Below, one piece after another: positions 7,583-14,497 of a DNA stretch of 37,764 nt. Each line of letters opens with the position of its first letter. Positions within the stretch are counted from its first letter, which is position 1. The position numbers and the translations under genes were made by a program. The DNA is from a virus (lineage: Duplodnaviria > Heunggongvirae > Uroviricota > Caudoviricetes). The notes under the pieces were generated by a model. It was given only the letters and a program-made list of their open reading frames with translations, was not told the origin of the DNA and did not search any database. The stretch is from the IMG/VR virus record IMGVR_UViG_2883489344_000002. One strand, given 5' to 3'.

Positions 7583-8616
7583 GTCAGAAGGTACTCGCTA
7601 CCCATACCGATCGCTTCTCGCTGTTTGAGAAGGTACGCAAGGGCAAGCAAAACAACCGCAACTACATGCTGGAGGCGGTGAAATCGATGATTAACAGCCC
7701 GGAGACCCAAGAGGGGCTGCGACTGGGTGAGCTGTACGGCTATTACGGTCACACCCGCCGGGTAATGACGGGCAATATGGAGCTGCCGGAGACAGCGGTG
7801 GTGATGGTGGAAGGCAAAGCCGTGGTATTGGACAACGTGCCCTCCAACCGCACCGTTGAGCTGTCGGTTGACGATGACGGCGTAGTAACCCATACCGAAG
7901 AGATTTTTGAGACCCCCACCGGCAAGATCGTGGCCTCCATGCTTGAATCTCGCGCGGGCGGCTGGTCATGGGTGACCACCGGGCGCGATTCCCCGGCGAT
8001 CTCGATCCCCAAGGCATTCTATGGTTTCGACTATGTGACCATGCCGAATTTCATCAGCAAAGACCATCCAGCCGCAATGCATGAAAGTGCAGATTCACGT
8101 ACAGCGGCGATGCTGGAATCTCTGCAAAATCAGGGCTTCAGCAGTGACGCAGCCACCAGCATTATCGAGCACTATGATTTGCTGAGCCACCGCGAAGCCA
8201 TGATCGAAAGTGTGCTGCGCGTAGAGGAGCTGGAGAGCACCACCCTCATTGCTACCGGCCAACTGTTGGCAAAGGAGCGTGAGCTTGAGGAAACCCGCGC
8301 CATGCTTGAATCCTTACGCACTGCGAATGCCCAGCAGGGCAACATGATGGAAGGCCGTAAGTCCATGCTGGCCAAAGCCCTCGACCGGCTGCCGGTATTC
8401 GTCACTGAGCGCCATCGTTCAGCACTCGCCAACATGCAAACAGAGGATGATCTGGCCGTCGCAGTAGCGCTGTTTGAATCGCTTTCTCGCCCAGAGATCC
8501 GCACCCTACCTTTGCATAATGATGCAATTTTTGAGAGTAAAAAAACGAGTTGCGCTGTAGGGTACGACGACAATTCGATCGTATCTTTCACCAATGAAGT
8601 ACCACGATTCGGGTAA
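7579..8616 (+). CDS. pro: P1-like prohead protease
   Basis: ETQEGLRLGELYGYYGH, ESRAGGWSW and DYVTMPNFIS match P1 Pro. ATGA overlap with prt. Confidence 0.95.
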   Translation: MSQKVLATHTDRFSLFEKVRKGKQNNRNYMLEAVKSMINSPETQEGLRLGELYGYYGHTRRVMTGNMELPETAVVMVEGKAVVLDNVPSNRTVELSVDDDGVVTHTEEIFETPTGKIVASMLESRAGGWSWVTTGRDSPAISIPKAFYGFDYVTMPNFISKDHPAAMHESADSRTAAMLESLQNQGFSSDAATSIIEHYDLLSHREAMIESVLRVEELESTTLIATGQLLAKERELEETRAMLESLRTANAQQGNMMEGRKSMLAKALDRLPVFVTERHRSALANMQTEDDLAVAVALFESLSRPEIRTLPLHNDAIFESKKTSCAVGYDDNSIVSFTNEVPRFG

Positions 8617-8711
8617 AATTCAACGCCTTAAATATACCCATATGATAATTGTGGATTAAAGGTTTAGTATTGCCGCTTGATCCTTTACACGATCCGCGAT
8701 TAAACTCCTCG

Positions 8712-8750
8712 GCGCATTGAGATCCTCTTAGGTTTCAATGCGCTTTTTTT
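8712..8750 (+). terminator. Intrinsic terminator after prt-pro
   Basis: GCGCATTGA...TCAATGCGC stem followed by a T run. Confidence 0.7.
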
Positions 8751-8773
8751 TCAGTCACTCAAGGAGCTATTCC

Positions 8774-9013
8774 ATGGAAAACCAGCACCGCTTGATTAAA
8801 ACCTATCGAGAGCTATCCGCTGAAGAGATCGCCTTAATGAATAGCGGCAAAGAGCTTGAAACAGCCGTACAGGCCTATGTTAACCGCCTGCATGAGGCGC
8901 ATAACGCTGGGGAAGTGGTGATTGAGCAACGTTGGCTGGCTATCGGCAAGACCGATATTGAGAAAGGTTTTATGGCCGTCATTCGCGCTATTGCAAAACC
9001 TGACGTGGCATAA
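8774..9013 (+). CDS. acb2: Acb2-family anti-CBASS cyclic-oligonucleotide sponge (79 aa)
   Basis: MENQHRLIKTYRELSAEEIALMNSGK and RWLAIGKTDIEKGFMAVIRAIAKP parallel Pseudomonas phage Acb2 (MDNQHRKIAGYRDL...[24 protein letters not shown], recalled). Y11 and K26 fall at the same positions. SD AAGGAG at 8761-8766. Confidence 0.9.
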   Translation: MENQHRLIKTYRELSAEEIALMNSGKELETAVQAYVNRLHEAHNAGEVVIEQRWLAIGKTDIEKGFMAVIRAIAKPDVA

Positions 9014-9040
9014 AAAAAAGGCCACCGAAACGGTAGCCTT
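9012..9040 (-). terminator. Minus-strand intrinsic terminator
   Basis: AGGCTACCG-TTT-CGGTGGCC-T8. The stem has a G-U pair on the minus strand but a C-A mismatch and no U-tract on the plus strand. Confidence 0.8.
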
Positions 9041-9066
9041 ACAAATAATTCAAAAATCTAAACCTG
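9012..9066 (-). ncRNA. Predicted ~55-nt antisense RNA to the repL 5' region (ends approximate)
   Basis: Minus-strand sigma70 promoter TTGAAA(9101-9096)-17-TATAGT(9078-9073) points at a minus-strand intrinsic terminator (9040-9012). No ORF lies between them. Confidence 0.55.
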
Positions 9067-10044
9067 ATGAAAACTATACCAAAAAAAACCTGTTCTTTCA
9101 AGGAGACAGGTGATTTAAACGGCTATGGCCTGCGTCGCGCCATTGAAGCCCTGACCAATGATTGCTTGCCCCGCCCCGCGCGCGTTGTCCTGTCACAATG
9201 CTGCTCCGTCGCCGCCAGCACCAGTGCCTTCAAAATCACTATGGCTCGCTCCAAAATGGCAGAATTGTGCGGGGTAACCTCTGCAACCATCCGCCGTCGC
9301 TTCAAAGACTCTGTGAGTGCCACGATCATCACTGAAACTGCCGTATTTGATCGTAAGGCAGGCGGGTTCGGCCAGATGCCTACTGAGTACCAGTTTACCA
9401 AGCCATTTTTACAAGCTGCCAAGGCCTTTTGTAAGGCATGGGATACGGGTACAAGAGAGGTTAAGACATTAGCCCAAAAGGCCTTTAATGAGGCCATAAA
9501 AAATCTTCAAAATAAGCCACTTACCTCGGACACCCCCCGATCAAAATTATCGGCCACCCCCGATCAGGATGATCACCAAATACTTGGATTTACTGAATAC
9601 GAGAATCCAAAAGACTATGCGGCTCCGCCCGCAGATTTTGACAGGCCAAAGGCCAAAAGTTGGGATGATGCCCGTGCAGAACGCGCCACGACGCAAGCAC
9701 AGGATCACAAAGCCCGGCAGGAAGCAGCCCGTGCCAAGCGCCAGCAGTCCACCAGCAAGCTCAAGGGGCTGGCAAGGTGGGCATTCAATGGCAGCCGCGC
9801 CACCGGCAGGGCTACGCCACAGACAAGCCACAATGCCGCCCGCATGAGAGAGTCAGACCAGCGGCATGAGCAAACCACCAAAGATGCGGCACGGGCACAC
9901 CGCGAGGCACTGGCAAGCGGGTATAGCCCTCTTGATGCTATTCGCCGTGTGATGCCCGGCTACCGCCCTACTACCACCAGCAAGGATCACCATGACACAT
10001 ACCGGGACGTTAACCAGCCCACGCAAGCCAAAGGGGCGTTTTAA
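9067..10044 (+). CDS. repL: P1 RepL-like lytic replication initiator (HTH)
   Basis: LNGYGL...ARVVLSQCCSVAASTSAFKI, an HTH (MAELCGVTSATIRR), YQFTKPFL and TPDQDD parallel P1 RepL (FSGYEL...ILSQCANLAATTSEYFI, YRFTPSFL, PCQDD, recalled). Confidence 0.7.
   Translation: MKTIPKKTCSFKETGDLNGYGLRRAIEALTNDCLPRPARVVLSQCCSVAASTSAFKITMARSKMAELCGVTSATIRRRFKDSVSATIITETAVFDRKAGGFGQMPTEYQFTKPFLQAAKAFCKAWDTGTREVKTLAQKAFNEAIKNLQNKPLTSDTPRSKLSATPDQDDHQILGFTEYENPKDYAAPPADFDRPKAKSWDDARAERATTQAQDHKARQEAARAKRQQSTSKLKGLARWAFNGSRATGRATPQTSHNAARMRESDQRHEQTTKDAARAHREALASGYSPLDAIRRVMPGYRPTTTSKDHHDTYRDVNQPTQAKGAF
9534..9566 (+). repeat. Direct repeat CCCCCGATCA x2 inside repL; candidate oriL element
   Basis: Copies at 9534-9543 and 9557-9566, followed by a third GATC. 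Confidence 0.4.
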
Positions 10045-10527
10045 GCCTCGCCAGCCGTCTGCCACCCGCTCTCCTGCCCCGACGTCGGAGGAAATCAAAG
10101 CGGCGCACACGCAGGTAGGGACTGAAATCACCCGAAAGAAAAACCATAGCCAACGGATGTTTGTGAAAAAGCTGTTCCCGGCGCTGTTTTCTGGCGATCA
10201 CCCCTCCCGATGGAGAAAGGGATCAAAGACGCCATGCTGACGTCGATTGTGCGCCGTGGGCTGGACGTATCCGAGGCACGGCTACAGGCCGCACTTCGCG
10301 CCTGTTGCGCGTCGCTGGTGTACCGGGCAAGGGTATGCGCTATGCGTTTTCGCCGTGACATAGATGGCAAGCCAGTAGAGGCCATTGAGGAAGAAGACAA
10401 GAACCACGCATGGCAGAAAATTGTGGAGTATCGGGCGCGCCACCAGCTCCCCAGTTGCCGCCGGTGTGGAAGAAAAGCGCCGTTAAGAAGCGTCCGGCCA
10501 AGCCCGGCAAGCGTCGGGCACGGGTAG
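9992..10527 (+). CDS. FinO/ProQ-family RNA chaperone, split by a one-base loss in a C run (10201-10204)
   Basis: ORFs 9992..10240 and 10210..10527 join as LFPALFSGDHPLPMEKGIKD...RLQAALR...YR...RRDIDGKP with one added C. This is the FinO/ProQ core (LKxGI, RxDLDG). SD AAGGA before ATG 9992. A second slip at C run 10449-10452 is possible. Confidence 0.8.
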
Positions 10528-10743
10528 TAACCAGACCCGGCAGCACAGATCGGGCATCAAAACCCACGGCCAAGTAATCCTGTACTGGCGCGATGCCCGC
10601 GCCGGTCATATAATGCACAGATATCCCGTCCGGGATAGTTTGTAGTGGTGTTTGCAATGGCCTTGGGTTACTCTTGGCCTAAGAATAATCCTATAAAATG
10701 CCTCATTGGGGCAGATGCTGACACACGTCTTGAGAGCTATTCC

Positions 10744-10962
10744 ATGAACGCAGAAAAATCTTTACGCAATTTAGAGCTGACCAAGCTGTTTGGTATCTGG
10801 CGCTCCAAGGGCTTTGAAAAGCCCGTGTCGCATGAACCCCGGATCACCCGGCCTGATTGCTCGGTCTATTTTGCCCGGAAGAAATGGATCATCATTGACG
10901 ATAGCGGCAATAAGATCGCTACATGCGATACCCTTCGGGGCGCATTAAACCGCACTCACTGA
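10744..10962 (+). CDS. Hypothetical protein (72 aa)
   Basis: In-frame ATG of ORF 10645..10962, preceded by GAGAGCTATTCC and followed by a terminator. Confidence 0.55.
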   Translation: MNAEKSLRNLELTKLFGIWRSKGFEKPVSHEPRITRPDCSVYFARKKWIIIDDSGNKIATCDTLRGALNRTH

Positions 10963-10983
10963 TCATCTGCGCTGACGCCAAAG

Positions 10984-11010
10984 AAAGCCGCCCCACGGAG
11001 CGGTTTTTTT
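10984..11010 (+). terminator. Intrinsic terminator
   Basis: CCGCCCCACGGAGCGG hairpin plus T7. Confidence 0.75.
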
Positions 11011-11108
11011 ATGTGCATTAAAATCCTTTTGCGTTCATAATCGCACACAATGACCCCGAAAAAGGCATGCCATGAGACCAATAAGAGGTATGTGTGTATC
11101 TTTTTTGG

Positions 11109-11137
11109 TTGCATCATGTAACCGATTTGGATACAAT
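11109..11137 (+). promoter_or_regulatory. sigma70 promoter of higBA
   Basis: TTGCAT-17-TACAAT. Confidence 0.7.
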
Positions 11138-11169
11138 GATTTCACTCAAGGCAAGCACTAAGGGAAGTG

Positions 11170-11466
11170 ATGATTAGTAGTTTCCGGGGTGGCAAGGATA
11201 GCAATCTGAGCCAGTTTATGCAGGAAGGGGCGCGAGTGCCGACTATACCGGCCTCAATTGAAAGTGCTCTCTCACGAAAGCTTAGTGTTATTGACTCGGC
11301 TACGAAAGAAAGAGACCTTTTCAACCCTCGGAGTAACAATTATGAGCGACTGTCTGGCACCCTTGATGGATGGTCTAGCATAAGAGTTAATATCCACTGG
11401 AGGTTAATATTTCAGTGGCGTGATGGATGCGCCTACGAGATATATTTAGACCCCCATAAGTATTAG
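11170..11466 (+). CDS. higB: HigB (RelE-fold) toxin
   Basis: MISSF...LSRKLSVIDSA...DLFNPRSNNYERLSG..GWSSIRVNIHWRLIFQW, typical of plasmid-killer HigB. Confidence 0.9.
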   Translation: MISSFRGGKDSNLSQFMQEGARVPTIPASIESALSRKLSVIDSATKERDLFNPRSNNYERLSGTLDGWSSIRVNIHWRLIFQWRDGCAYEIYLDPHKY

Positions 11467-11470
11467 AAGC

Positions 11471-11503
11471 ATGGGCGGGGCGAAAGCCCCACCCATTTTC
11501 TTT
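11471..11503 (+). terminator. Terminator-like hairpin between higB and higA
   Basis: ATGGGCGGGGC-GAAA-GCCCCACCCAT followed by TTTCTTT. Confidence 0.5.
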
Positions 11504-11521
11504 ACAGTGATAGGTGAGATT

Positions 11522-11854
11522 ATGAATAAAATGATGGCAAATCCTCCAAGCGTTGGTGAAATTCTGGTCGAGGAGTTTTTGAAGCCCTGTAACATCACTC
11601 AGCAGCAGCTTGCCGACGCTATGGGCATCTCTCGTAAAGTGGTTAGCCAAATTGTGAATGGGAGCCGTCGCCTTACTGTGGCCGAGGGTGCCTTGATTGC
11701 TGCCCTGTTCGATATGAGCTGTGACTTTTTCCTGAACATCCAGCACATGAGTGATCGCTGGGAAGCGCATTTACTGACAGAGAAACATCGTTGGACGCCT
11801 TTAGTGCCCAGTGAATTTCCGTATGATGATGAAGTCGCGGCACCAGCGAAATAG
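11522..11854 (+). CDS. higA: HigA/VapI-type antitoxin (XRE HTH)
   Basis: PPSVGEILVEEFLKPCNITQQQLADAMGISRKVVSQIVNG...FFLNIQ; directly downstream of higB. Confidence 0.92.
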   Translation: MNKMMANPPSVGEILVEEFLKPCNITQQQLADAMGISRKVVSQIVNGSRRLTVAEGALIAALFDMSCDFFLNIQHMSDRWEAHLLTEKHRWTPLVPSEFPYDDEVAAPAK

Positions 11855-11888
11855 TCCTGCATGTGCTTGAGTGTCGAATGGATGCGCG

Positions 11889-11931
11889 CCCCTCCCCAGT
11901 TAGCTGGGGAGCGTTTTACGTTGTAGGGAAA
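11889..11931 (+). repeat. Intergenic hairpin element, copy 1
   Basis: CCCCTCCCCAGTTAGCTGGGGAGCGTTTTACGTTGTAGGGAAA; 37/44 aligned identity with 12961-13004. Confidence 0.85.
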
Positions 11932-11975
11932 GCTGGTAGAAGGCCTACTGGCCGCCTTGCCCAAGGAGAAAGAAA

Positions 11976-12371
11976 ATGACATGCCTAAGTTGTGGTTATC
12001 ATGAGTTTGTAGCCGGGAAACGCAGTGTGCCCTACCGTTACAAGGGTAAGGAGACAGTCCTGCTCGATGTCGATGCAAAATATTGCGCCATGTGCGGTGA
12101 TATTAATCTCTCAGGGGATTTGGCTGATGACTACATTGCCAAGGCGAAAGCCTTCCAAGCCTTGGTAGACGCAGATTACCCGGATGCGAAATTTATCGCT
12201 GATGTGCGCATAAAGCTGCACCTTACGCAGAGAGAGGCCAGCAAAATTATCGGTGGTGGCAATAGTGCATTTAGCCAATATGAGGCAGGCAAAAGGAAAG
12301 CATCACGCTCTACGATGATGTTGTTGCAGTTGCTGGATATGAACCCTGACTTGCTGAACATAATCCGTTAA
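11976..12371 (+). CDS. mqsA: MqsA-family antitoxin (Zn finger + HTH), no adjacent toxin
   Basis: CxxC (CLSC) and CxxC (CAMC), YRYKGKET, and IADVRIKLHLTQREASKIIGGGNSAFSQYEAG...LLQLLD. SD AAGGAG. Confidence 0.88.
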   Translation: MTCLSCGYHEFVAGKRSVPYRYKGKETVLLDVDAKYCAMCGDINLSGDLADDYIAKAKAFQALVDADYPDAKFIADVRIKLHLTQREASKIIGGGNSAFSQYEAGKRKASRSTMMLLQLLDMNPDLLNIIR

Positions 12372-12424
12372 TACGCTTTTGCGCGGCAGACAATCCCTCG
12401 CTACCTCCCTGCACTGAAACAGAG

Positions 12425-12451
12425 AAACCGCCTCTCAGGGCGGTTTTTTTT
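12425..12451 (+). terminator. Intrinsic terminator after mqsA
   Basis: AAACCGCC...GGCGG followed by a T run. Confidence 0.8.
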
Positions 12452-12505
12452 ACAACCTTTTGAACCCTAAAACCTCAATTAAGTTGTTTTAATAAAACCA
12501 AATGC

Positions 12506-12534
12506 TTGCTAAACAACCCACAAAAGGTTATATT
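12506..12534 (+). promoter_or_regulatory. sigma70 promoter of the XRE gene
   Basis: TTGCTA-17-TATATT. Confidence 0.6.
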
Positions 12535-12555
12535 GTTGTTATTCCGCAGGGAACA

Positions 12556-12568
12556 CGCTCTTTAACAA
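12556..12568 (+). promoter_or_regulatory. boxA antitermination sequence
   Basis: CGCTCTTTAACAA, the Nus boxA consensus, in the 5' UTR between the promoter and the SD. Confidence 0.65.
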
Positions 12569-12580
12569 GTTGAGGGAATT

Positions 12581-12955
12581 ATGATTGAAGTTCAATACTT
12601 GACCGATGCTGAAGGTAACCGCACCCATGTAGTGGTGGAAATCGGGCTGTTCAACCGCCTTGCAGCGAGTGCTGATATCCCGGAGCAATGGGAGGATATC
12701 CCCTATGAAGCCGGTGAAAATGATTCAGAAACCATCCCAACTGAAGTTGTCGGCATCTCCATCAAAAAAGGTGTCACGCTACTGGCGGCATGGCGTATCC
12801 ATCGCAACATGTCCCAAAAAGAGGCCGCCGATGCGCTGGGGATCACCCAAGCTGGCATCTCCAAAATAGAGAAGAGTGAGCGCCCCCATGCGGCAACGCT
12901 GGAGAAGTTCGCCAAACTCTATGACTGCCGCCCTGAGCAATTGACGACGGCATAA
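12581..12955 (+). CDS. XRE-HTH protein of HigA-like antitoxin type, no adjacent toxin
   Basis: N-terminal VQYLTDAEGNRTHVVV; C-terminal LLAAWRIHRNMSQKEAADALGITQAGISKIEKS HTH. Confidence 0.8.
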   Translation: MIEVQYLTDAEGNRTHVVVEIGLFNRLAASADIPEQWEDIPYEAGENDSETIPTEVVGISIKKGVTLLAAWRIHRNMSQKEAADALGITQAGISKIEKSERPHAATLEKFAKLYDCRPEQLTTA

Positions 12956-12960
12956 TCGCA

Positions 12961-13004
12961 CCCCTTCCCCAGTCCGCTGGGGAGCGCTACACGTTGCAGG
13001 GAAA
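12961..13004 (+). repeat. Intergenic hairpin element, copy 2
   Basis: CCCCTTCCCCAGTCCGCTGGGGAGCGCTACACGTTGCAGGGAAA; its 3' end is the SD region of ATG 13009. Confidence 0.85.
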
Positions 13005-13008
13005 AAGC

Positions 13009-13374
13009 ATGAATACAGCAATTATTGAGTCTACTACCACTAACCTGATGCTGGTGGAAGGTGTCCAGATGGCATCAGTACAGCCCAAGCGGAAACTGCT
13101 TGCCCGAGCCTATGAGTTAACGAAAGGAGACGGAGAGGCGCGCGATGGCCGCATTTTGATGTCCATCGAAGGTCCCCGCGATTTTATCGAGTGGGCAGAA
13201 GCAGATCTTGAGCAGGATTTTGTCAACGTGAAGATAGAAGAAGAAGGAAAAAACGAAGATGAAATCGGTTTGATTTTTGGCTTGGATCGCGCGGACAAGT
13301 CTGTATTCATGGCTCGCTGGAAGCAGCTCAAGGCCGCATGGAAGAAAGGCCAAGGTTATCCTGCTTCAAAGTAA
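13009..13374 (+). CDS. Hypothetical protein (121 aa)
   Basis: ATG after AGGGA; acidic core and basic, Trp-containing tail; followed by a terminator. Confidence 0.75.
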   Translation: MNTAIIESTTTNLMLVEGVQMASVQPKRKLLARAYELTKGDGEARDGRILMSIEGPRDFIEWAEADLEQDFVNVKIEEEGKNEDEIGLIFGLDRADKSVFMARWKQLKAAWKKGQGYPASK

Positions 13375-13424
13375 ATCACTGGGTAGGTCAGTGGCAGGAT
13401 AGACCCCCGCTAGATCAGCAACGT

Positions 13425-13455
13425 AAAAAAGGCCAGTCAGTAGACTGGCCTTTTT
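13425..13455. terminator. Bidirectional intrinsic terminator
   Basis: A run, GGCCAGTC-AGTA-GACTGGCC, T run. Confidence 0.8.
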
Positions 13456-13720
13456 CTACTCTACAGCACCAGTACAGGCTGGTAGCAGCGCGCAATTGCC
13501 TTTACTTGGTCAATGAGTTACCCCCCGCTCACGCGGGGGCAATACAGTGCGATGCCTTAGAGTCGCCTAAAGAATAGCAGCCCTCACCCATGCCCGGCAA
13601 TGGGAAAGCCCTAGGCTTGACGTGCCTCACGTTTATGGGACCAGGCGTGGCAAAATCCCTCGCGCCTGCCATGATCAATGGTGCACATCCATGATTAAGT
13701 ATCCATAGTAACCCGGATAT

Positions 13721-13749
13721 TTGCCCGCCTCGCGCGGGCTTTTTTATGC
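13721..13749 (+). terminator. Terminator upstream of hicA (direct repeat of 14498-14526)
   Basis: TTGCCCGCCTCGCGCGGGCTTTTTTATGC; 27/29 identical to the copy after hicB. Confidence 0.85.
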
Positions 13750-13758
13750 GCCTAACAA

Positions 13759-13813
13759 ATACCCACCAATAACCACTAAATTAGTTGCATTGGTGGTTAT
13801 TGGTGGGTATAAT
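13759..13813 (+). promoter_or_regulatory. hicAB sigma70 promoter with an 18-bp inverted-repeat operator
   Basis: TTGCAT(13785)-17-TATAAT(13808). ATACCCACCAATAACCAC (13759-13776) is the exact reverse complement of 13793-13810. Confidence 0.85.
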
Positions 13814-13843
13814 CATTTCCGAGTTGAGCACATGGGAGGTAGT

Positions 13844-14017
13844 TTGAGCAGTAGGGAATTGATGAAGTTGCTAGTGCAACACGGGTGGGTTTTAAAGCGT
13901 GTGAAAGGAAGCCATCACACCTATACCAAGGTGGGGCGAGTAGACATTATTACCGTCCCCCATCCAGAGAAAGACGTAGCGACAGGTACATTGCGCGACA
14001 TTCTCAAAAGGCTGTAA
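13844..14017 (+). CDS. hicA: HicA toxin (57 aa)
   Basis: TTG start after GGAGG; GWVLKRVKGSHH and ITVPHPEKDVATGTLRDIL HicA motifs. Confidence 0.92.
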   Translation: MSSRELMKLLVQHGWVLKRVKGSHHTYTKVGRVDIITVPHPEKDVATGTLRDILKRL

Positions 14018-14065
14018 ACAAGTGGCGCGCCCAGCGCGCCCTTTTAAGAACCTAGAGGTTTAATT

Positions 14066-14473
14066 ATGATTTTTCCAATCTACATTCATCAGGCTGAAAG
14101 TGGCACCTACTCCGGGTTCGTGCCGGACATTGCAGGATGCTACTTCGCTGGTGCAACCATTGACGCAACCATTCAAGACGCTGATGCAGCCATTGACGCG
14201 CATCTAGAGTTCTTGGCGGATGAGGGACAGGCGTTACCTGTCGCCAACACTATCGAGTTTCACAAAAGCAATGACAGCTGCGTAGATGGTGTCTGGGCTT
14301 ATGTGAACGTTGACTTGTCCAAGTATGACGGCAAGAGCATTAAGTTAAATATCACATTGCCGCAGAATCTGATCGCGCGCATTGACCAGTATGTAGCAAC
14401 CCATCCAGCCTACGGCTCTCGCAGCGGCTTTTTGGCCGCCGTGGCGCGTAACGAGATTCAGAAAAGCGCCTAA
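14066..14473 (+). CDS. hicB: HicB antitoxin with C-terminal RHH
   Basis: YSGFVPDIAGCYFAGATID and KLNITLPQNLIARID...SRSGFLAAVA. Confidence 0.95.
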   Translation: MIFPIYIHQAESGTYSGFVPDIAGCYFAGATIDATIQDADAAIDAHLEFLADEGQALPVANTIEFHKSNDSCVDGVWAYVNVDLSKYDGKSIKLNITLPQNLIARIDQYVATHPAYGSRSGFLAAVARNEIQKSA

Positions 14474-14497
14474 CTTCCCTTTTATGCTCAACTCATT

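Noticed and set aside
12454-12530. MqsA-type operator (AACCT...AGGTT) near the XRE promoter
   Set aside because: Only imperfect half-sites in AT-rich DNA; not distinguishable from chance.
13381-13720. Possible type I toxin or C4-like RNA in the gap before hicAB
   Set aside because: No hydrophobic small ORF with an SD and no recognisable C4 structure; only terminators and short hairpins.
13721-13843. N-terminal extension of HicA
   Set aside because: It runs through a terminator and the hicAB promoter; TTG 13844 has the SD.
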